Source: Octopus vulgaris (Eukaryota). From it: a stretch of 64,000 nucleotides of DNA. Each line of letters begins with the position of its first letter. Position 1 is the stretch's first letter. The stretch is taken from positions 86,676,001 through 86,740,000 of the forward strand of contig OX597815.1 in NCBI GenBank assembly GCA_951406725.2, written 5' to 3'. A program made the translations under genes and the position numbers. This document shows, piece after piece, positions 11,498 to 23,511 of this stretch. The notes under the pieces are model-generated. The model had not been told where the DNA came from. It saw nothing but the letters and a program-made list of their open reading frames with translations, and did not search any database.

Positions 11498-13585
11498 TTA
11501 TTCATTCATTAGATTGGCCATAAAGGCCTTACAAAGAAAGGAAGCTGCGGGCTGGACAAAGTCATAATGAAATGAAATGATAAACGATATGATAATAATG
11601 AGGGCAACAGCAACGCCCGCCGATTGCTGTTTACCCGAGCACATTGTTCTTTAAAATATCATATTTGAGGCAACACACCTCTTACACTGTTCGAAACAGA
11701 ACATTAATGAGGCAATAAACCTCTTACATTTACAACACAAAAATCTACTGTGAGGCAACAAATCAAAACAAGGAAAATGAGGCACTAAGACGCATCAATC
11801 ATTTACACCCCTTCCTGCTCGACAAGACTTCTCGCATCGGTCAAACGCCTAGACGGTGTCAAGTCGGGCCGTTTCAACACAAAATTAAAAGTGTCCTCTG
11901 GGAAGGAGATCATTTTCCTGCAGAGATCGGTCTCTCATATGACCTCCGCATCCACCTGCGAAGGCTTGTCCTCCGTGCAGGGTAGAATCCCTTCCCTTTG
12001 GCCCTTCCTTTTAAACTTCTTAGTGAAGTTTTCTATTGTCCCTCACTTATAGAAGGGGACCATAAACTCCTACTTCACAGCATGGGAGGGAATTACAGTT
12101 TCTACCTTCGGTGGCACAGCTCCCACGGAGGGTACTTCGGGACACGCCGGCAGTATATCACAAACCGCTGGCAACGTCCCGTTTTTCTTTTTTCCCATGA
12201 GCCACAGGAGAGTGGTATTCCTCTGCTTTGTCCAGCAGATCTGCCACTCCTCCCACAGCCTTAGGACCATTTGGTGGGCAACCATTGTTGCCCACCTCCT
12301 CGACCTCCACCTTCTCTCCCTCCAATGAGGGAGCAGAGAGTGGTATCTTTATCAACTGCTCCAGGACTTTATTTTGGTCCTGAGGGCAGTTCTTTTTAAT
12401 ATGGCCCGGCCACAGGCACAGGTGACACTGGAGGGGGAGTCTCTCGAGCATTGCTTTATACCTAAACCCGGCCATTTAAAAAAAATCTGGAAATACCAGA
12501 TTTTCGGCTGATTGGGTCCATAGGGTCAACACAGTTTTTGGTCTCTCCCTGTCAGCCCCAGGCAAGATATTTACATTGAGGAGCTTTGTACTGCTGCCAC
12601 CCAGACCCCAGCGGATAGTATCCTCTATCCACTCGGGCTCAATTCCGGGTGCAAACCGCAGACCCGAGCCCTCGTCAACTTCTTCCCACAATAAGTGGGA
12701 AGAAGAAACAAAATTTCCCTGCTATCCAGAGGCAGACTCGCGAATTTGTGAAACTCTTTGAGGGTGTCAAATAGCGGTCATATTGTTGCATATTTGACCC
12801 CCCTTCCGAGAAATATATTTAATAGTTGGCATATATTTTTCCAACTCTTTTTTATTAAATTTTTTGGTAGACGGCGATGGTGTCGAGGGACTTGGCGTTA
12901 GTCCTCAACACCACCGTCTTTTTTCAAGTTCTTCCTACCATTTTGGGGTGGTGTAACCTCCCACTCCACAAGTCTTTCATTGTTCTTGGCCATGTTTAAT
13001 TAAACAAAAAGTCCAAAGGTAGTTCAAAAAATTCAAATAATTAAAGAGAAAATAAAGAGAAAGAAAGTTCCAAAAAAGGAAGAAGAAAAGAAAATGAACA
13101 GTTCAATATAGGGTTTCAAACTGAAAGATAGAAGGAGAGAGCAGCAGTTCATCACACAGCAAAAAAATGTTTAGGCCACACGGTACTTCCGGTCTTCACT
13201 TGAACCTGGAACACAGCTTCTCACAGTTGTCAATAAATTATTCCAAAAATATTTCACAAAGGTATTCTTCAACAGGAACAATTTAATTGAGAACAACACT
13301 ATTCTCAAAGTAACTTTGGGGGCAGGATACGCCCCCAAACACAATTCTCACAAAAGTGAGAAAAACAAAATACTCTACTGCAGGCAGACCAAATCCCAGA
13401 ATCCAGTAAGGACTCCTTGCTTATACAAAAAATAAATCTCACACACAACGAAACTCCACTGGACCCAAAAAGCAAGTCTTACCTTACAGCAGAGCCTCGT
13501 TCAATAACAACTTTCGTCCGCTGCATACCAGCGTGGCAACTTCTACAAGTGATTGAAGAAAACTAAACAACCGGAACAGGGATCG
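11498..13585 (-). mobile_element. ORF1/Gag-only retroelement, copy B (degenerate CCHC protein; Tx1/L1-like ORF1 inferred)
   Basis: ATG at 12993 (MAKNNERLVEWE), CHLCLWPGHIKKNC knuckle in ORF 12158-12475, AATGAATGAATAAA 3' tail, 8-bp TSD AGCTACTT at 11490-11497 and 13586-13593. Confidence 0.75.
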
Positions 13586-13959
13586 AGCTACTTACCACGC
13601 AGCCACTCCTGCGCCTATATATATATATATATATTTATGTATGCATGTATGTATGTATGTATGTATGTATGTATGTATGTATGTATGTATGTATGCATGT
13701 ATGTTAGAAGGTTTGGAGGTGATGTACAGGTATTATATATTAGAAGAAATAAGGTATTCAGAAATCTGGTTGGTTTTATATTTACTGATTTTCATTAATA
13801 TGCCACATGTTTTTATAACTCATATAATAGCGCTTACATCCACTCTAGTGGATACTTCAGATTTGAATTTTTTGAGGAGATTCGTCTCTTTTTATAGTAT
13901 TATTGAATGTGTAGGGGTGGAGAGAGATATAGGATAGTAAAAGAGGTTGAGGAATGAGG

Positions 13960-13971
13960 AGAAAGTGAGAG

Positions 13972-14050
<79 letters not shown>

Positions 14051-14455
14051 ATGTGTGTGTGTGTGTGTGTGTGCCTTTGTATCTGAAAGGAATTCAATGG
14101 AAAAGAGAAGGAAAGAAAGAAGGAAGAGAGAAAGAAGAAAAATGTGTTTACATCTATACAGATAGTCAGTTCTTTCAATAGAAAGTGATTCTTGGCCTTT
14201 GAAAATGGCAAAACAAGGTGGCTACTCCAATGGAGTCTTGCTTTGATAAAAGTTATTTTTCAAAAAGTTATCTGGATTTCTTTTATCATTGTCCATTGAG
14301 AGAGGGTGTGTGTGTTTGTGTGTGTTTGTGTGCGTGTGTGTATGTGTGCGTGTGTGTGTGAGTGCCTTTGTATCTGAAAGGGTGTCAATGGAAAAGAGAA
14401 GGAAAGAAAGAAGGAAGAGGGAAAGAAGAAAAATGTGTTTGCATCTATACAGCTA
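13960..14455. repeat. local direct duplication of (GT)n plus a purine-rich unit, ~290-bp period
   Basis: GTGCCTTTGTATCTGAAAGG...AAAAATGTGTTTRCATCTATACAG occurs at ~14071 and ~14362. Confidence 0.85.
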
Positions 14456-14559
14456 TATGTTATGTTATTTCTCCTTGGAAACAATTTTTTAGTGGCTATA
14501 CCATAGTGGATCTATTTTTAGCATTAGAGTAGACCACATAGTGGTCGCTCTCTCATATT

Positions 14560-14697
<138 letters not shown>

Positions 14698-14739
14698 AAT
14701 ATAAAGACACCCCGGCATATACTGTTTTACTATTTTACG

Positions 14740-15690
14740 TTTCATTCATTTGACTCTGGCTATTATTTGTAAGTCTAGTACTTATTCTATCGGTCTCTTT
14801 TGCCGACTCGCTAAGTTTCGGGAACATAGACACACCAGCATCGGCTGTGAAGCGATGGTGAAAAAGACAAACACAGACACAAAGGCAGACCTATATGTAT
14901 ATATATAGATATTTGTGTGTATACATATGTGTATATATATGTACATATATATGTCAGGTCACTTTCGAGTGCTACTGGTAACATGTAACCCAGTACAACC
15001 TGTTGCATGGTCGGGTCGTCGGCGACTAAACCGGCAACCCCACCAAGCTTGCTTGGTGAGGAGGGTGTATATTAGACACCCTGCGGGATGAAAAACAAAA
15101 CCTGTCAAAGGGCGGAGGACCTCTTGAGAGTCAACGGCCATCCAATAAATGTCTAAAGGCTGTATCATGCGCGGGGACATAGAAATAATTGGACTGAATA
15201 CCCGATGGCGCGGTTAAACCATTGGGAGGGAAGGACTCCTAGCGTTTGTTAGGGCATCCTTCTAGGAGCAGGTAACTCAGGTAACTGGGATAACTCCGAC
15301 ATAAAACCTGCGGCTCAGGGGTTACCGATGATGTTGACTTGTTCTTCTTTTCGGATTATGACTGGTGTTGCTTAGTAAGTGGGTTTGACTCAAGGCACAG
15401 CCTTTCCTCACTTAAAAAGAAAACTTCTTGCACAGACATTGCACGATAAAAACATTGATTAAACTTCGTGCAATAGTCATACTCGATAACGAGGGGGCAG
15501 CCACCATATATATATATATATATATATATATACACGACGGGCTTCTTTCAGTTTTCGTCTACCAACTCCACTCAAAAGGCTTTGGTCGACCCGTGGCTAT
15601 AATAGAAGACACTTGCCCAAGTTACCACGCAGTGGGACTGAACCCGGAACCATGTTGTTGGGAAGCAAGCTTATTTCCACACAGCGACAC
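14740..15690 (-). mobile_element. family A SINE split by an insertion in its central microsatellite
   Basis: 3' half ~14740-14950 and 5' half ~15533-15690 match 55607-56030 in reverse. Confidence 0.8.
14953..15505 (+). mobile_element. non-coding, structured element; probable RTE-derived 5'UTR plus 3'-end deletion derivative
   Basis: GC-richer 550 bp inside (TA)n; hairpins at 15041-15058 and 15062-15082; ends GTCATACTCGATAACGAGGGGGCAGCCACC, which resembles RTE 3' stem-loops (recall). Confidence 0.5.
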
Positions 15691-16459
15691 CTGTGTCTAT
15701 ACATTACATTTATATACATATCCGTTTACTTATGTAAATACATAGGTACCCATAACTTGGTGCATAAGAGAATACTCGACGGCTGCTTTGTATATATGAA
15801 GGGAGAAATCTTGTAAAGGCTAATTGTCTTCCTGCAAAAAAAAAATGTTATCATTGCTAAAATATATCAAGCTTTTTGCAAAGTAATGATAGCTTTTAAT
15901 GTTGTAATAAGTTCCAAACATTTTAAATAAGGACATGAAATCTTTAATAACTCCAAAAATAGAAATATTTCTATATAATTCTTTAGAAATGTGATAAACG
16001 CACGTACAGAATAACTCTTTCTATACACTGCGTGTGTTTTGAGAGAACTCTTGTTCATGTGCGGCTATCAAAATCTTACATCTTTCTTTTGTGAAGATTG
16101 TATTTTTTCTTTTTTAATTACTAGTAATTTAAAGTAAAATAAACGCAAACGTATAACAGACTTAAGAACGAAACAAAATATATTGCTTCTTTCCTTAAAA
16201 TGTAAAATGGAGTAAAGTGCCTGGCAATTTTTCCATTGTGTGTCACATTAAAAGATCTTGTCATTAAAATCTTAACGGAGCCTAAATGCTGGCATATTAA
16301 CCTTGCTAAACATTCAATTAGATCAGTGAAAATAGACTCAAATTCAGGCTGAAGTAATAGCACTATCTGTAATAAGCGGTTCAATGGCACACAAGATAAG
16401 CATAACTTCAAAGTTACATCTTATTAAATTGTGAATTTCTAAGCTTCACTAAGATAACA

Positions 16460-16672
16460 TTTATTCTTTTCTGCTCAAGGCCCGTAATTTTGGGGGAAGG
16501 GGCCAGTCGATTAGATCAATCCCAGTACGCAACTGGTACTTAATTTATCGATCACGAAAGGATGAAAAGCAAAGTTGACCTCGGCGGAATTTGAATTCAG
16601 AACGTAAAAGCAGACGAAATACTGCTAAGTATTTCACCCGGCGTGCTAACGTTTTTGCCAGCTCGCCGCCTT
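16460..16672 (-). mobile_element. tRNA-derived SINE, family B
   Basis: Reverse complement GGCGGCGAGCTGGCAAAAACGTTAGC...GAATTCAAATTCCGCCGAGGTCAACTTTGC...; matches 55037-55267. Confidence 0.85.
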
Positions 16673-17118
16673 GAAGAAAACCTTTATTATAAAGTGCTTA
16701 GTTTTCGGCTGTTAATATTCCACAACTGAAATATTGAAGTGGTCATGTAAGCTAAAACGTCACGTATTTTATTTTTGTTTTATTATATCTATTTATTTGT
16801 AAAACTCACTCTGTATCAAATCACAATATTACAGATGTATTTGAGATCCTAAGTGCGTAATTCGACGATACGGTAATAGGTAGTTTCATGGAATTATTCA
16901 TCACAGACTTACAAGAAAAGATTGATCCACAACATCCAGGGATTTTGCCCAATAATATCCCTTGTAAATGAGGACCAACACAAATGCTTCAGAAAAGATC
17001 TAATTGCTACATACGACTTTCATCTAAGAATTTCTACCAATAGGTGGAAGCTTGCTTTCCAACCACATGAAAATGATTAATAAGTAGAATTGCAATTAAT
17101 GTACGCAAGACTTCACAA

Positions 17119-17132
17119 TATCACTTCGTCAT

Positions 17133-17221
<89 letters not shown>

Positions 17222-17652
17222 AGCCTACCTATCGATTAACATATGTACATATACCTCCATATATATATATATATATATATGTGTGTAGAAGGTTGCAAAG
17301 GAAGACACGAGTTGATATACATATGGAAAAATAGTCAAGATAGAAAATGCTAAAATTATTTTATAAAAGCATTTCAGTACCGGTTTCAGTCATTGAGACT
17401 TTTTCGACTGTAAGTATGGAAAAAAAATAAAATTTTGGAAAAATTAAAAGATAAGTTTTTTAAAAGAATATTTGCATAGTTTTCAAATACAAGTGGCATG
17501 TTATTTGTTTCTGCCTGTCCAAAATTTTTTGTAAAATTATTTTAACATTTTCTGTCTTGACTTTTTTTCCATATATATCAACTCCATTTTCAACACTCTA
17601 CATATATATATGGAGGTATATATATGTACGTATGTTAATCGGTAGGTAAGCT

Positions 17653-17740
<88 letters not shown>

Positions 17741-17777
17741 TGTTTGTGTGTGTGTGTGTGTGTATGACGATAGTGAT
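17119..17777. repeat. long inverted repeat enclosing a hammerhead-like motif (PLE-type fold-back)
   Basis: Arms ~17119-17368 and ~17525-17777; motif at 17375-17411 on the minus strand. Confidence 0.75.
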
Positions 17778-18959
17778 GAGTAAAGATAAAGAATGACTCA
17801 ATGTAGAAAACGATACCAATGATGATATTTAGTAATAAATAAAAGATTTCAGTTAATCGAGATTGCAGGAAAGCGAATCACAAAATCTTGTTTTAGAATT
17901 ACGTTATATTACAGCGAGTAATTGTAATTTCTTTAAAAACCGGTGTTCATTTTAAAAATTAAAATGTAGCTTAATGATAATGATGTTCATTGAAACATTT
18001 ATTATCGTAAAAATGCTAATCGCTTCATGCTAATATATCCGTTTATAAATATTAAATTAATTTTACAAAATCTCTAGCGAATTGTAAATTAATTTGTAGT
18101 TGTTAAACATTTTATCTCTTAAATCATATTTCAGGAGATTGCTTGAAAGTTCAACAAAATCATATTCTTTGTTTATGCGATGCACTTTATTGATACTTTT
18201 CAAATTTTGAATAACTGTTTGTGTGTGTGTGTGCGTGTTTATGTGTTTGGGAGATAATAATAAATAGTGTTGCTCCTGATGTATTTTCAATGTTATAATT
18301 TCCCATTACAAAATTTTAAAATGTTATACAATTTGTTTTAACCATGTTTGTATTTAGACGTATGCATAAACGTATAAGAAAAAAAAGTATACATAATTTA
18401 CCTATTCTTTCCTTCGATGATACGAAGATGTACTACTGAGACTTATGTAAAAGATTAATTTGTTCAGTTAATCATTCTTGTTTTTGTTTTGTTATATCAT
18501 TAATCATTATATCATTAATCAAGCAGTCTATGATTACCAAGCTTATACACCTGTTTCATGTCACCTACATACGTATAACATGTGTATTGCAAAACGAATA
18601 TATTTTAGAGTTGTGCGTAATGGGGTATAATAGTCCTATTGTTAGCAATTCTGTGTGTATGCATATGAATACACACACATACACACACACACACACATAT
18701 TGCCAATGGATCATATATCCGAAAAAGATGCACACTCTAAAGAACAGAGCAGTAATGTATTTACATGCAGTTAAGTGTATATCCAGTCATAGAGTGACCA
18801 ATGTTTCCGCATCCAAAAAGCGCTTAGCTTTATGGAGGATTCATCAGAATCTAATGGCGGAGGGCATATAACTCCGCGTCAAATCGGCGGTAGGAATCTG
18901 TTACGGTCAGTTAATATGTAAGCAAAGAATAAATTATCGTTATATTTCAGGATGGTCAT

Positions 18960-19190
18960 TTTTTTTTCGCCAAATAAACACCCACACTATATATCCGTTC
19001 TTCACTCGTTTATTACTGGCCTTATCTTATGTCCATGTCTGGAAATCTTTCGTCACGTATCTGTGACCTTTTCAGCGACCCATTCCATCTACGGGTTTCC
19101 TTCTGTTCCGCTTAGTCCATTCTAGAACCGTAATAAGCGAGTGGAGAACGAAGATATGGTGCATGTGTTAATTTGGGGAAAAAAAAAACA
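18960..19190. repeat. short inverted repeat enclosing a degenerate hammerhead-like motif
   Basis: Arms ~18960-19016 and ~19130-19190; minus strand CTGAAAA-G-GTCAC-agatac-GTGAC-GAAA at 19037-19080. Confidence 0.55.
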
Positions 19191-19319
19191 CGATCCCGAA
19201 ATATAACAATATCTGTTTCAAAACATGGTTCCACATCATGAATCTTGCATCACAAATTCATAAACGAATAAAATCTTGTTTGAGGTTTAGCCAGGACGAG
19301 TTATCTCCCCCTTAGACCA

Positions 19320-20290
19320 ATTCAGTTCGCAAAACTTATGGCCTTAAGGGGCGAACAGGGAATTTCTACCCTTAGACTGTTTCGAGTCTGCAAGGACTTT
19401 TTCCGACTCTAGTCGACGAATGGGCTATCCCATGCCTGCTATAGATCTCACGTCTAGAATTTAAGAGAGGTTTGGGGTCCAGGGAGTTACTATGGATCTT
19501 TGTTCGCTCTGCTATGCAAAGCTTGCTTCATCCTCTCCCGTTTATATAGGACTCAGGCTGCTCTGTGAGCCGCCATTTATTTTTGTATGGGGTTCCTTTA
19601 TCTTTAAGGTGCTATACATTGCTGGCCATGGATGTGGCGTACCGTCTTTCCGGAATCGTGAAAAAGAACTTGTGGTTGTATAAACGTCGCTTAAAGGTAA
19701 TTCCGACCGACTCGATATATTTCCGAACTTGAGTGCTTGTTGTGGTCACACCTCTGGTGTATTTTCTGTTGGTTCCGGGCTAGAAATTGTTGTTTTCGGT
19801 GCTGTTACTGGAACTTTTATCGGTGCTTTTATTACCGGGTGTGGGTCTGGCGATATCACTGAAGTCGTTATTGCAGTAGTCATCTCAGGCCTTAGCGCTG
19901 GCGTTACTGATGCTGCTGCAGACTGTGTTGTGACTGCCGTCGCTGCTAAAATTGGGTGCAGGACTGGTAGTTTCGCTGGTGCTACTGGTGTTAGCGTGGT
20001 CGTCATCTCTGGCCGTAACGCTGGTGTTGCTGCAGCGTTCGTCGCCGTCAGTACTGTTGTTTCTGCCGCTGCTGCCGCCACCGGCGTTGCCGTCGATGTT
20101 GTTGTATGAGCCATTGCTTCTATTACCACCCGAGCCTCATATGCGACTCTTTCAGCCACACTTTGGCTGCCGGTGATGACGACCACACCAACACCAGCAG
20201 CACCAGCGAAACTACCAACCCCACCCCCAATATTAGCAGCGACTGTAGCCGCAACACCATCGACAACAGCGTGATCTGAGCCGGGCATAA
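19320..20290 (-). mobile_element. PLE 3' fragment: Thr/Ala/Pro-rich linker plus degenerate GIY-YIG endonuclease
   Basis: Minus strand ~19440-19720: KYIESVGITFKRRLYNHK..TSMASNV*HLKDK..KW..Y.NG..KLCIAE..LLNSRREI, the C-terminal pattern of invertebrate PLE GIY-YIG domains. Confidence 0.7.
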
Positions 20291-20319
20291 ATAAAAATGC
20301 TACTCCACGAGGAAATGTA

Positions 20320-21000
20320 TGCATGTCATTATTCAGTTTTATTTCAAGATTTCTTACCAATAGAAAAAAAAAGCCTGTTTCTAACATATATCCAATTTCA
20401 GCATCAACAAAGTACTTTTGTATGCCATAGTTCATCTTTATTTGAAGGTTTCTTGCCAATAGAGAATGTATGTATGTTAATGTGCAGATTTGTATGTTTT
20501 GATTTATGTATGCATTTTATGCATATAGTTGCCTGTCTAGACGTGTTCATATATACTTAAATAATAAACTTTTGGGAAGTTTTATAGATTTTTACAGTTC
20601 TAGTGAGGGATTGGATGCGTCGTCTTCGAATCAGCTTTCTTTTTTCAAGTTTAGGGAAGCCTAATTTCTCAAAATCATTTAGGCAATGTGTTACATATCC
20701 CAGTGCCCCAATAATTGCAGGTACAAAACCTAAACTTGTAATCTGGATTGAGTAACTATAGATTTCTCAATAGTTCAGCGTAAGCATTTTCTTTTTCGCT
20801 GACCTTTAGCTCTATGTTAACATTCGCTGAGCAGCTAATTTCCACAACTGTACACAGCTTCTCTTCTCTATCCCAAATCACTCTCAGGTCTATTATGTTA
20901 ACATGCTACTGAGGTTTTCACTGGGACATTCTACCAGTACTGCTTATTATTATGAGTGGTTTGGCTTGAACCATGCTGTGGGCTCTTATTTCTTTGGTCT
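20320..21000 (-). mobile_element. RLE-type non-LTR retrotransposon 3' end next to (TATG)n
   Basis: Minus strand IWDREEKLCTVVEISCSANVN..KE..Y.EL.RNL..P.IIGALG (PD-(D/E)xK restriction-like endonuclease). Confidence 0.75.
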
Positions 21001-21152
21001 AATGTATGTATGTATGTATGTATGTATGTATGTATGTATGTATGTATGTATGTATGTATGTATGTATGTATGTATGAATGTATTATGAATCTATGTACTT
21101 ACGTATGTACGTACGTACATATGTAGATAGATAGAGAGATAGATAGATAAAT

Positions 21153-21195
<43 letters not shown>

Positions 21196-22374
21196 GTCAC
21201 CTGAGCTTGCACATTTTCTGTATCGTGTACGGTACGTCATACAAGCCTATACATTCAAGGAACTTGAAATAGCTCACGTATAACGTCTCCATTCATTAAA
21301 TGATACTTTTCTCTCGTTGGATTAAGTACTGACAGCAGTTACATTCGCTTTCATGAGCAACATGCAGCAGTTTCTCCTATACATATGAATAAGAATATTT
21401 GAGCATGAGCCTCGAGCAAGACGTTCAGGTCAAGATACAAAGAGGGTCACTATATTTTTATATCAAGTGTTAACTGTGGTTCAAAGCGATTTTGTTGCGT
21501 TAGTCAACAGAACAGCGCTTTACTCAGTGCGCCCATATATTAGTGTCAAGGTGGGAGGACATCCATTACACTACATGAGTGAAAAATTAGCTCAGAAATT
21601 TAAGACGAACAAAATACATGGTGAAGTTAGGAAGGATATTAAACAGTAACGTCTTTCGACGAGAGACAAAGATTTTCACAAAAACAGTGGCGATTGTGCG
21701 AAGTACAACGCTAAGAGAAAGCGAGTGGGTATTTCAACTTTAGCCTTTGTACAAACAAAGATAAAGGAGAATGAGAGTAAAGTGACCCGCAGCAAGTCAG
21801 AAATCAATAAGGACGGAGCAGACAAGGCAGTAAGATTAGAATCATGGGAAAAATATTATCGAAGAGATACGGTGTCGGGAGGGGGGGGTAATCTGGAGCG
21901 AGAAGAAAAGAATGAAAAGAGAGAGGGGACGAAAGTGTTGAGAAAGTGGTTGCTGGAAGTTAATACAAATGTCCTTCAAACAGAAAGAAAATTGAGCATA
22001 GTGCTGTAGCAAATAGAAATGAAATGACTTAATACTGATTTCAGATTAACATTTATTATAAATAGTGGTTGATGTTGATTTCATGTTGGTTCTCTCGGGT
22101 GTTTTAAACCGTTATTAGTATAATATCAAGCGACAATTCATGAAATGCTGATGCAAGCATCGATATATGTTCATGACAGAGTGTGCATTATTTTCAGAAA
22201 TACTGCTACGACATACTTCTTAATGCACGCAAAGTAAAGAAATGCTTTTAGTGACGAACACCAAGTCTGAAACAAATACACACACAAACGCGAACACACG
22301 CACTCATATACACATACAAACATACATACATGCATGCATACATACATACAAATACACACATACATATATACATG

Positions 22375-22770
22375 CATTAATACATATTGCCTAAAAGCTA
22401 ATCTTGAGAAATTGGGCTTCTCAAAACCAGAAAAGAGAAACCTAATTCGAAGACTACAGATCTAATTCCTCACAGGAACTGTACAAATCTGTAAAATTTT
22501 CCAGATGTTTATCATTTATATATATATATATGAGCATGTCTAGATATGCAACTATGTGCATGAGAATACATACATAAAACAAAACATACAAACCTGTACA
22601 CATACATATATACATACATACATACATACATACATACATACATACATACATACATACAAGCAAGAATACCCTGTTGCTGAAATTCCAATGAAGGAGCCTT
22701 GGATCTAGGTTAGAAACCGGATCTTTCTCTATTGGTAAGAAATAAAAAAAAATTAACAATTAAATACATA
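22375..22770 (+). mobile_element. 3' end of the same RLE LINE family, running into (TACA)n
   Basis: LEKLGFSKPEKRNLIRRLQI..GTVQICK.F and a 3'UTR matching the reverse complement of 20330-20690. Confidence 0.75.
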
Positions 22771-23225
22771 TATGCATGCATACACACATACACACATACA
22801 TACATACATACATACATACATACATACATACATACATACATACATACATACATACATACATACATACATACATACATACACATATGTGTCTATGCTACAT
22901 CATTTTACATTGAGGAAGCTGAAGTCATAAAAGGCATTTGTAATTAAATTACTTCTATTCCGAATAAACTGCCGATGGGGGCGGGAAGAGTGTACTTGTT
23001 TCATTGTACTCACATTTTTCAATTTATTTCTGTGTTTTGATTTTTATTGCTACAAATTCCAATATTCAATCTTTGCCAAATTTCGAAACGTAATAAAAAT
23101 CGTTTTGTACAAATTGAATCTTACATAAGAGTATTCTTCGATTTTATTTCGGCGATTTATCAATTGGTAAATTAGTAAACGGATTACTAGAACACACACA
23201 TATATATATATGTATGTGTGTATAA

Positions 23226-23269
<44 letters not shown>

Positions 23270-23369
23270 TTATATTCATATATACCTACATACATACACA
23301 CGTACATATTAACATGAGTTGTGGTTTCTGGTTGACCTTGTAGTTACGATGTAGGCGCACGATCATAAT

Positions 23370-23511
23370 TACTTCTTTATTGCCCACAGGGGCTAAACAT
23401 AGAGGGGACAAACAAGGGCAGACAAAGGGATTAAGTTGATTACATCGACCCCAATGCTTAACTGGTAATTATTTAATCGACTCTGAAAGAATGAAAGGCA
23501 AAGTCGACCTT
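23370..23511 (-). mobile_element. family B SINE, 3' part
   Basis: Matches 55040-55175. Confidence 0.8.

Noticed and set aside
19520-19540. In-frame TGA in the GIY-YIG remnant as selenocysteine
   Set aside because: It aligns one codon before the first Cys position of the C-x-L-C motif and fits CGA>TGA decay; another stop is also present
19746-20459. Mucin-like host gene
   Set aside because: Chimeric frame running from a LINE 3'UTR into a PLE low-complexity linker
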